Source: an uncultured Chloroflexia bacterium (GTDB lineage: Bacteria > Chloroflexota > Chloroflexia > QHBQ01 > JADMIH01). Taken from it: 64,000 nt of DNA. Of the stretch, positions 25,531 to 33,888 are shown in pieces (within the stretch, counting starts at the first letter, position 1; each line of letters opens with the position of its first letter). A model generated the notes under the pieces. The model was not told where the DNA came from, did not search any database, and saw nothing but the letters and a program-made list of their open reading frames with translations. The stretch lies in the NCBI GenBank assembly GCA_963797095.1, contig CAWCNY010000005.1, positions 384,001 to 448,000 on the forward strand, written 5' to 3'. Both the position numbers and the translations under genes were made by a program.

Positions 25531-27954
25531 TTATGGAGTGTGAGCGGGACCGGTGCCACCGGCAGGGGCGGGACCACCAACAGATCGGGCTTCAAAATCG
25601 GACTCGGTTGCTTTGTCGCGGAACGATCTGTTGAATTGAGTAACAATGCCGCTCATATAATCCGTGCGCACTGTGGCCCCGGTGCCGGCGCCGTTATCAT
25701 CGCCCATGAGAGAGTTGACCGTGAAGCGTATATGCTGGTTGGCGGCGGGGGTACCGGAAGGGGTCTGGGCGTCGCGCTGCATAGCCTGGGCGCGCTCGAC
25801 CATTGTAGCGACGTTGCGGTCAAGCACGGGATGGGTTGAAGGGCCGCCGCTGGTGCCGGTGGGGGTGGCGGTGCTGTGGGTATCGACCTCAGCCATGAGC
25901 AGGGCCAGCATCTCGTCTATTTGCTGGCGGATCAACGGCGAGACCTGCGAGCTAAGAAAGTCTTGCACGGCGGTAGAAACCACGCCTTTGGAGATATTGT
26001 TGATGCGAACGCTAACCGCCTGGTTGAGGGTGCTGGTTCTACGAGCGGCAGCCCTAAAGGCAGGATTGTCGAAAGCAGCGTTGGTGCCCTCGCCTATCTC
26101 GGCCGGCATATTGGCGATTTGCGTAGACAGGAGGTCGCTGAGCGAGGCCCAGCGAGCGGTCATGGCTTGCAATCTCCCCTTCAGAGTCTGGGACACATCG
26201 AGCTCAAGGCGCGGTCTGCCGCGCCCGCCTGGGCTTTGGGGGATCCCCACTTCGGCGTTCGCCATAGCCTGCGCGGCTCAACTCAGGGCGGGGTCAGCGC
26301 GACCCGACCCCGATGTTTCTATGCTGACGTTGACCTGAGTGGAGGTGCCAGCGTCGTTGACATAGGGGATATTGACGTTTGTGCCTGCATTGTAGGCAGC
26401 CATGAACGTTTGGCCGTACGCGGATTGGAGGAGAGTGCGGAAGTTGGCGGGACTCAGCTCGCGCGCCACTTGACCCCGAACGAGACGGTCAAAGTCATGG
26501 TGCTTGCTTTTGTTCTCAAAGCTCCTTTCAACAGCGTCAAGCACGCGTGGGGAAGCATGCGAGGCAGATAAGATGCTTATGACGCGCTCGATGATGTTGT
26601 GAACGGCCCACGATTGTTGCAGACCTTCCGATAGCTTGTGCTCCAGGAGAGCGTGCTGAGCGCGAATCTCGGCATCGACGCCGTTGCTGATGGCCCTGAT
26701 ACTCTTCTGAATGGCGGGAGCAAGAGCAGCGAGCAAAATCTGGCGAGAGCCTGCGCGGTCCATGGCGCGGTTCATCTGCGTCTCTTCGGTAGGAGATATT
26801 TTGTGGAAGAGCGCGTGCATCTGGGGATTGCTCTGCGAGTACTCGTCCGGGATGCCAAGCAAATGGCCGTATTCGTGCGCGTAGATAATGTCGGGCGAGG
26901 TAGTGCCGTAGTTATGGGTGTCCATATACCAGTTGCCGGAGTTGATTGCGCCCTTCCTGCGGAGGTCCGGTCCGCGACCATGTGTCCTCGTGTCCTCGGC
27001 GGTGGGATCGGCGGTGGTATCGTCTGCGGCTTCGCTGTGAAGGGCTATTTCCTGGTCGTGAGTGCCCGTGAGGCTCCAGACAGGCTCCAGGTTGAATTCG
27101 ATGGGCAGAGAGATTTCGCCGGACGTGGGAGAAGCAGGAGTGGCCCCGGGGCTGGGCGGGGTGGCAGGCGCGGGGGAGGTCGATGTGGAGGACGTAGTAG
27201 GCAATGGCACAGGAACGGGCGCGGGAGCGGCAGGGGTTGGCGCGCCGCTGCCCGCAGGTGCGGCCGGGGCGGGGCCCGAAGGAGCAGGTGGAAGGCGGTG
27301 GCCCACCAGCTTGAACTTGTTGTTCCAATTACGGACGATTGCATCCTTGTGGTCGCGCACCCAATTACGCCTGGTATCGGTGGCTGGGATCTCCTGCTTG
27401 AAAGGTGAAGTCGGGATCGGATCGTAGTACTGGATACGTATGTTTACGCGCACCTTGTTTTCGGTGGTGAGTCGGTCAAGCTGGTACTGGCCCGATTGGG
27501 AGTAGTCGTTAGGGTGGTAGGTGCCTGGGGTGTTGCGCTGGGCTTGGGTGGCCGTAGCCGGTGTATAAGATTGCAGAAGTGTTTCATCGAATCCGGAGGA
27601 TACACCGATCGGCACCCGCTGGGCGGGAAGGGTGCGACTACTCGTTGATTTCTGGAGTCGGCGAACGTAGGCGTTGCCATAGGTGCCCTGCATTTGTAGG
27701 TACAGGTCGGCACGTGGCCGGTCGTACATTGAGCGGCGCAAGCGGGGGTCCCCCATAAGACTTGCAGGGGTGCGCTGAGTGGGATCGCCCGCCGATGGTC
27801 CGGCGGGCTCGAGGGTGGGCCCTGCTCCATCCAGAGATTCGAGCATTGGGAGGGCCAATTCGTGGGTAGCAGCCTGAGAGGGGGGTTGCGACTGGGGGCC
27901 CGACCGCGCATGGCGAGCATCGTCATCGCGGGTGTGGTCGCTAAGCTCCGACAC
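25531..27954 (-). CDS. Zincin metallopeptidase with eCIS-cargo-like N-terminus, interrupted by an in-frame TGA at 26278-26280
   Basis: LQMQGTYGNAYVRRL and AQR motifs; AHEYGHLLGIPDEY. The 558-aa and 244-aa ORFs are in frame (ALS*AAQAMANAE). AAGGAGG RBS. Confidence 0.7.
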
Positions 27955-28031
27955 GGCAAACCCTCCTTTTAGATTGGAGCGTAGGAGAAGGAAGATGATC
28001 TCCTATTGCTCGGAATGAGCTATGGGAGATC

Positions 28032-28060
28032 ATCTTACAGTAGAGGTGGGATGCTGTCAA
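28032..28060 (-). promoter_or_regulatory. sigma70-type promoter for the metallopeptidase gene
   Basis: Minus strand TTGACA-17 bp-TAAGAT; the -10 overlaps the inverted repeat agatgatctcc...ggagatcatct. Confidence 0.6.
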
Positions 28061-28110
28061 TTCCCCGATCAGTGGTTTACGCTCAAAGTTAGGATAGAGA
28101 AAATACCGGA

Positions 28111-28388
28111 GTAGGGGCACCCCTGGTGGTGCCCTGTTTGCATGCCTCGATCTCTCCCCACCAGGGCACTCACAAGGGGCAGTGTTGTCGCATAAAAACA
28201 CCAGCATAGGAAAAACCAATTGTAAAGTGTACCCCTTGTAAGCACCCGATGGAATGCCACCCAAACCAAGTCCCTTCGGGACTACTTGCTTTGGGTGGTA
28301 ATGGGGCAGGACACCCGTTAGCAATACCCCCACCTGGGCTATGTTCGTGGGTTTATGCGACAACATTGCCCATAAGGGGTGCCCCTAC
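28111..28388. repeat. Inverted GTAG-REP doublet (REPIN-like)
   Basis: gtaggggcacccctggtggtgccctg at 28111-28136, and an inverted copy agggcactcacaagggg...tgcccctac at 28163-28388 that is interrupted by a MITE. Confidence 0.75.
28180..28368. mobile_element. 189-bp MITE with 17-bp TIRs
   Basis: cagtgttgtcgcataaa ... tttatgcgacaacattg (1 mismatch), flanked by ctcacaagggg / cccataagggg (11-bp imperfect direct repeat). Confidence 0.75.
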
Positions 28389-28673
28389 TCTGCTTCTTAC
28401 CCCCAATCGGAACGTTTACAATCAGTGGATTGTCAATGGAGTATGAGTGATCGTCTATTCCACGGATCACTCATCTATCCACTCTAAGCCACACTTTCCA
28501 GCGTGCGCCCCAGAAGACTGTACTTAAGTACACTCCAAAACCTGCCCCGAAACGTCCCGTCTTTGCCTATAAGTATATGGGGCGATCTATCATCCCTCTC
28601 CCAACATCCCGGGAAACCGCATCGCCGGTTATACCAAAGTACACATTTGACAAGGGTTCCTGAGGTAAGTTGC

Positions 28674-30230
28674 TTAACGGAGGGTGAAGCCAACCACGCC
28701 CTGCTGGCCGGAGGTCAGGCCATCTAGCTCGAAGAGCCAGGTGCCGAGGGGTGGTGATGGGAAGGTATCGGCAGGCACAAGGGTGAATAGCACCTGCCCG
28801 TCCGGGCCTGCCGTGTAGTGGCCGCCTGTATCGGGTGGGTAGAGGGTTGCGCCGCCGGGGTCGGTGAACTCGACCTGCACGTCTTCATTAGGAGCAAGGC
28901 CGGTGGCTCCAAAGGAGAAAGTAGCTTCAGGCGGCCCATATGGGGGGCGCACCAGCACTACCAGGCCCACCGGCGGCTCGGTTGCGACGGGTGGGAAGGT
29001 GGGGGTAGGAGTGGGGTCGGGGTCGAACTCGGTGGGGGTGGTTTCGGGAGGTGGAGGGAATGTGGCCCTGGCAGTGGGCCAGCCCGCCGGGGAGGTAGGG
29101 GCTTCCGTAGGAAAGTAGGGGGTTGTGGAAGGAGTGGAAGCGGGCGGGGTGGCCGTGTTGGTGGCTGGTAACGAGGTGTAAGTGGCAGTAAGCGAGGGCG
29201 CAGGCGTGGATGTTGGAGTCGGCGTGGGAGTAAAGGCCACCAGGGGAGCGGGGAGAGGCCCGCCGTACAGCCATCTATAATAGTGAGCGCCTACATTGCC
29301 CATCTGGACCTGCCAGCCCTGTGGGAAGGAAGGGATGTAGGCGAGGGCGCGACGCTGGTACATCTGGAACAGGGCGTCGTAGTAGATGCCGTCGATCTTG
29401 ATACGCGCCCAGTAGGGTTCGGTGATCGGGTAGCCCATGACGAACACCCAATCGGCTATTGTGCCTCCATCCTTGAGTGCACCGCCCTCCTCGACCGGGC
29501 CTTTGAGGTTGAGGAAACCCCACATAGCCTGGGGGATGTTGTGGCCGAGTTCGTCGCTGTAGGCGGCGATCACCGCACCCGGATAGAAAGCCATCGAGGG
29601 GTTGTCGCCAACTATACCGGCACGATTGATGGTGGCGGTGACCGATTGGCCGGTGCGGTTGGGGGCGCGATTGGCCCCCGGCCCTGTGAGAGAGGCCACG
29701 GGGCGGAAGGAGGTGTATGTGGGAGCGTCGGGGTCGGTGGAGAGGCCGTCGCCGCCGACCGCTATCTCGGCGGGGCCAATCGGGTTGAACTGAGAGTCGC
29801 CCACCTGTTCCTTACCCGATACCATCTCGGAGACGAGAAGGCCGGTGGTGACGTACCAGGGAGAGGAGCGGTCGCCATCGGGGTCGTTGATCTCCATGCG
29901 GGCCTTGTCGAAGTACTGGACGAGGCGCGTGCCCGACACGCTGCCGGAGTAAGGCTCGGTCTTGACCTCCCCCGGCTCAGGGCCCCAGTACCAGCTACGC
30001 TGCACAAGGCCGTTCGATACAGGAGCATCGGTGCGCCCCCATATTTGCTGGAAGAGTGGGTCGGAGAAGGCAGCGGGGGCGGTCAGGAGCGCGGAATGTG
30101 GAATGGGGAGTACGGAATATGGGGTCTGAAAGGCGGGGCCGGACGGTGGGGCAGCGGATGCCGGTGCAGAGCCGTGCAAGAGGGCCGCAACTGTTAGCAG
30201 GAGTGCAATAGTGATTCCGAACTGCTTCAC
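28674..30230 (-). CDS. Secreted protein with Chloroflexota-type YFDKxRME domain and Pro/Thr linker
   Basis: Signal peptide; RSWYWGP, VQYFDKARMEINDP, GHNIP, GYPITEPYWA. Confidence 0.82.
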   Translation of the reverse strand: MKQFGITIALLLTVAALLHGSAPASAAPPSGPAFQTPYSVLPIPHSALLTAPAAFSDPLFQQIWGRTDAPVSNGLVQRSWYWGPEPGEVKTEPYSGSVSGTRLVQYFDKARMEINDPDGDRSSPWYVTTGLLVSEMVSGKEQVGDSQFNPIGPAEIAVGGDGLSTDPDAPTYTSFRPVASLTGPGANRAPNRTGQSVTATINRAGIVGDNPSMAFYPGAVIAAYSDELGHNIPQAMWGFLNLKGPVEEGGALKDGGTIADWVFVMGYPITEPYWARIKIDGIYYDALFQMYQRRALAYIPSFPQGWQVQMGNVGAHYYRWLYGGPLPAPLVAFTPTPTPTSTPAPSLTATYTSLPATNTATPPASTPSTTPYFPTEAPTSPAGWPTARATFPPPPETTPTEFDPDPTPTPTFPPVATEPPVGLVVLVRPPYGPPEATFSFGATGLAPNEDVQVEFTDPGGATLYPPDTGGHYTAGPDGQVLFTLVPADTFPSPPLGTWLFELDGLTSGQQGVVGFTLR

Positions 30231-30290
30231 ACAGGGAGTTTAGCACGGGCGCGAGTGGTGTGTCAAAAGAATGTGGAGCGGAGATCTAAA

Positions 30291-30327
30291 ATGCAGGAAT
30301 TGGCGATCACGCCGCCAATTCCTGCAT
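30291..30327 (-). terminator. Intrinsic terminator
   Basis: atgcaggaattggcg...cgccaattcctgcat, with a T-run on the minus strand. Confidence 0.75.
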
Positions 30328-30340
30328 CCCACTCGTCGCT

Positions 30341-31900
30341 TTATCGCTTGCTTATAGGGATCGCGTCCACATTCAAGAGGTCCGGAGAGTTGGCTGAGAT
30401 CTCCAGGCCGCCCTCGAAGCCGCGAGCCTGGTAGCCGTCGGCCAGCACAACCACCGTGTAAGTGTCGCCCGCCGGAATGGGAGGTGCGGTGATGTAGAAG
30501 CCGCCACCATCGGTAATGCCGGCAGCGATCGTCAGCGATTGCAGGTTGTTCTGCGTGATGTCGTCCAGGCTGGTGCCGGGCTTGAGGATGAGGATGGCAG
30601 CGTTGGGAACGCCATCGCCTGTGTCGGCATCGACAATCTGGCCCTGAAGGGTAACGCCCTCAGAGTTGGGATTGACGGGTGGCGGTTGGGGCGCTGGTTG
30701 GCCACCCTCACCGATGGTGAAGGTGCCGGTCTGCGCCACGCTGCCGTTTACATATAGGTCTAGCTCATAGTCACCGTCAGGGAGGCCACCGTCCAGGGAG
30801 ATGCTAACACCGTTGGTGCCCTCGGTTCCACTGTCCCACACCCCATCCGAGCGCTGGTCGATAGCGACCTGGCCGTTGTACTTCCAGACAGGACCCCACG
30901 ACGTACCGTTGCGCATATTCTGATAGGCGAAGACACCGATGACCTGCTCGGTGCCGCTATCGAATTGAGTGCCGACGCCTTCAAGCTGGTTGCCCTCGAT
31001 CTCGGTGCCAAACGTGATAGGGCCGATCTGGTCGCCGCCGGAGGGTGTGGGTTGGGGCGTAGCCGGGGAGATGGTCTCGGAGGGTAGGGGTTGGGGCGTA
31101 GCATCGCCTAGCTGGATCACCTGCTGGATGTAGGGGACAGCAAGGTTGATCATGCGAATTCCGCCCAGGCCCTGCCCAATATCGGCATGAGTGGCGAATG
31201 TAGGGATGCCGATCTGGTCGCCATCGTCGTTGGTGGCGAGGCCGCCTGAGTTGCCGGGGCTAATGGGGGCGTCCGTCTTGAAGGAGTCAACTGTGCCATC
31301 TTTGGTCTGGTCATCGAACCCTGATATCTTACCTTCGGTGTAGGTGATCAGGTCGCCACCGGCAGCGGGATAGCCGAAGATGAAGACGGGGTCGCCTATA
31401 TCGACCTGATCGGAGTCAGCGAGGCGCATGGCTGGGATCGGGATGTTGGCGGGCAGGGTGGCCTTCGGATCGATCATGCTGAATATCTTGACGACTGCCA
31501 CGTCAACATCGGGGTTGCCTGCCTGTACGCGGGCGAAATAGGTGGGTTTGGGCAACTGCTTGGGATCGGTCTGGGGGGCGATTGCCACGATGCCATCTGG
31601 GTTATAAGTCTCGCCGTTCTTGAGGCCGAGCCCCGTGTCATCAGGTCCGTAGAGGTCGGTGTGGCCAACGCAGTGCCAGTTGGTGACGATCACGCCATCA
31701 CCCAGGTAGGTGCCTGTGCAGGTGCCGAGCACTTTGAAATCGGCATCTATGATGAGGATTTTGACGGCCGCCAGCAGACCTTTATTGCGGGCCTCTTTGG
31801 TGATAGCCTGGGTTTTCAAGGGCGCGAACAGAGCGCCCAGCAGCAAAATGCTGACGGTGAGCACAATCCAGGCTCGCGTTTTGTTTATCCTTCTGAGCAT
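30341..31900 (-). CDS. Secreted trypsin-like (S1) serine protease with C-terminal Ig/carboxypeptidase-regulatory-like domains
   Basis: Signal peptide; TNWHCV, DVAVVKI, TDAPISPGNSGG; GQIVDADTG. Confidence 0.88.
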   Translation of the reverse strand: MLRRINKTRAWIVLTVSILLLGALFAPLKTQAITKEARNKGLLAAVKILIIDADFKVLGTCTGTYLGDGVIVTNWHCVGHTDLYGPDDTGLGLKNGETYNPDGIVAIAPQTDPKQLPKPTYFARVQAGNPDVDVAVVKIFSMIDPKATLPANIPIPAMRLADSDQVDIGDPVFIFGYPAAGGDLITYTEGKISGFDDQTKDGTVDSFKTDAPISPGNSGGLATNDDGDQIGIPTFATHADIGQGLGGIRMINLAVPYIQQVIQLGDATPQPLPSETISPATPQPTPSGGDQIGPITFGTEIEGNQLEGVGTQFDSGTEQVIGVFAYQNMRNGTSWGPVWKYNGQVAIDQRSDGVWDSGTEGTNGVSISLDGGLPDGDYELDLYVNGSVAQTGTFTIGEGGQPAPQPPPVNPNSEGVTLQGQIVDADTGDGVPNAAILILKPGTSLDDITQNNLQSLTIAAGITDGGGFYITAPPIPAGDTYTVVVLADGYQARGFEGGLEISANSPDLLNVDAIPISKR

Positions 31901-31935
31901 TCTGTCACTCCTATCGTGGATTGAGTGTTACGAGG

Positions 31936-32613
31936 TCACGGCAGCTTCCAACCGCCCAGCAGGCGGTCGCGGAGGCCGGAAAGGTCGTCCCATCGGCTCG
32001 ACTCGGCGGAAAAGCTGAGTATGTCGAAGGTGTTGCCGTTCAAGACGAGGGTGTCCTGGGCGTGCATAAGGCCCGGAAGACCACCGCCACCCAGCGCGGA
32101 GTTGAGCAGGTAGGCGCTGTCGATTACCACGGCGGGCTTGCTTTGCACGGTGGTGTTCATTACCTGTAGGGTGCGGTAGCCGACCAGTTGGTTCTGGCGC
32201 TGGAGTGCCCAGTTGGCGGCTGCCATCGCGAGGTCATCCTGCGGGGTGGGTTCGCCGCCTGTGATTGGCTTGGGCGCAAGTGTAGACTTGTCAAGCTGGC
32301 GCACGCTGATGCGCGGCCCAAAAGAATAGTAAGTGTCGGGGTCGGCGGCAGCGAAGGCCGCGCCTGTTTCGTCCACGGTGGTCCAGGTGGAGGGATAGCT
32401 GATGGTGGTGTCGCCTGCGGTGGCGGTGGTGGACTGGTTGGTAACCACGAACATCAGGGAGAGGCCGATTATCAGAGCGGCAGCCAGCGTGAGCCACACT
32501 ACCCACTCAGGCTCTTCTTCGTTACGGAAGGCGCGTTTGACAGCATCTACCTCGTCGGACATATCGAGCATCTCGCGCACTTCACGCGTGGTTTCTTTCA
32601 TGGCATCTCTCAT
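31936..32613 (-). CDS. Single-TM membrane protein of unknown function
   Basis: One TM, then an ISYPSTW-containing extracellular domain; co-oriented between PrsW and the protease. Confidence 0.7.
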   Translation of the reverse strand: MRDAMKETTREVREMLDMSDEVDAVKRAFRNEEEPEWVVWLTLAAALIIGLSLMFVVTNQSTTATAGDTTISYPSTWTTVDETGAAFAAADPDTYYSFGPRISVRQLDKSTLAPKPITGGEPTPQDDLAMAAANWALQRQNQLVGYRTLQVMNTTVQSKPAVVIDSAYLLNSALGGGGLPGLMHAQDTLVLNGNTFDILSFSAESSRWDDLSGLRDRLLGGWKLP

Positions 32614-32630
32614 GTAAGCTCCTTCGTCCG

Positions 32631-33602
32631 CTAGCGTGCTGCGGCTAATGTGGCTTCGTTTAAGCGACGGATCATGGTGAAGAGGGCTACGAAGGTGCCG
32701 CCGGCTATTATTACGGCTACTACAAGGCCGTACCAGGGGTTGAGGGAGAAGCCGCCTATTTTGGTAACTTCGCCGAGGACGTAGCTGGTGACGCCGTTCA
32801 GGATGGCGGCGAGGGTCAGGCCCATTGGAAGCCAGAAGGGGCCTTTACGCTCGAATTTGGCGATACCGAGAAAATAGCCCATGACGCCCGCGAAGCTGGC
32901 CTGGGCGAGCGCGGCAGTTACTACACGTATGACGCCTACAGCGAGGTCGACTCCGCCATTACTGAGGATGTATTGCAGGTTGAGCATGGTGGCGTACCCG
33001 AGTCCGGCGGCGGCCCCATAGATTATGCCGTCAACGCGCTCATCGAACTCCGCTGAGTAGAAGATGGTGTAGCGGACGGCGGCATACTTAAGGAATTCCT
33101 GTATGAAACCCGCGATCAGGATAGAGGCAAGGATGTTGATCAGTGCACTGCCGCTGGCCCAGTTCTGGATGCCAAAGAAGTCGCGGATAAGGGGCTGGCC
33201 CACAGCCTGGGCCAGGAGCGCGCCCAGGAGAAAGACGCCAATTACATAGCGTTTGGGTTCGGGTTCCAGGCGGTCTTGCTGGTAGAAGGCCACAAGCCAG
33301 ATCAAGGCAGGCACGACAGCCATGATCAGCCCCGCGATCAGGAGACCTGCTCCGCTCAACTCTATGTCGGCCAGGCCGAACAGGAGAGCGAGAATAGCCG
33401 CGAAAATGACCAGCACACCGACGGTGAAGATAAGGGGACCGGCTGCGGCCTTGTTCTCCCGCGCCAGGCGTGCATATTCGGCGGCACTATATGTGCGCCC
33501 ACCAATAGTGTAAGTCTTCTTGACAGTCACGACCGTGGAAGTAGCGACCGGGGTCGCAGGTGGGGTGGGGGGTGTCGGAGCCGGGGTAGGTTCGTTATCC
33601 AT
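32631..33602 (-). CDS. prsW: PrsW family glutamic-type intramembrane protease
   Basis: DRLEPEP, GFIQEFLKY, DGIIYGAAAGLGYATMLN; canonical EE, EN and H positions appear altered. Confidence 0.8.
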   Translation of the reverse strand: MDNEPTPAPTPPTPPATPVATSTVVTVKKTYTIGGRTYSAAEYARLARENKAAAGPLIFTVGVLVIFAAILALLFGLADIELSGAGLLIAGLIMAVVPALIWLVAFYQQDRLEPEPKRYVIGVFLLGALLAQAVGQPLIRDFFGIQNWASGSALINILASILIAGFIQEFLKYAAVRYTIFYSAEFDERVDGIIYGAAAGLGYATMLNLQYILSNGGVDLAVGVIRVVTAALAQASFAGVMGYFLGIAKFERKGPFWLPMGLTLAAILNGVTSYVLGEVTKIGGFSLNPWYGLVVAVIIAGGTFVALFTMIRRLNEATLAAAR

Positions 33603-33888
33603 AGACCTGCCTGTACCTCCTTCTAGAATATGGCGCATCTTGCGCGCTGCATCGGGCGAGACACATTACACCACGTGTCATGTGGACGCTCGTAAAGCGC
33701 CTCCGCTTCAGCAATTATAGGAAGGCGTGTAGTTCTCTGTCAATAGTAGTGGGCGGGCCTGGTGTTTGCCCGCCCTACATTATGATTATGGCACATAGAG
33801 CAGGGGAGTGGGGCATACAACGGGAGATACAGGGTAATATACAATAACAGGAAAAGCAGATCGAATATACAAACACAACTTGATACAG

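Noticed and set aside
26230-26280. Selenocysteine recoding of the in-frame TGA
   Set aside because: No convincing SECIS hairpin downstream and no redox-motif context.
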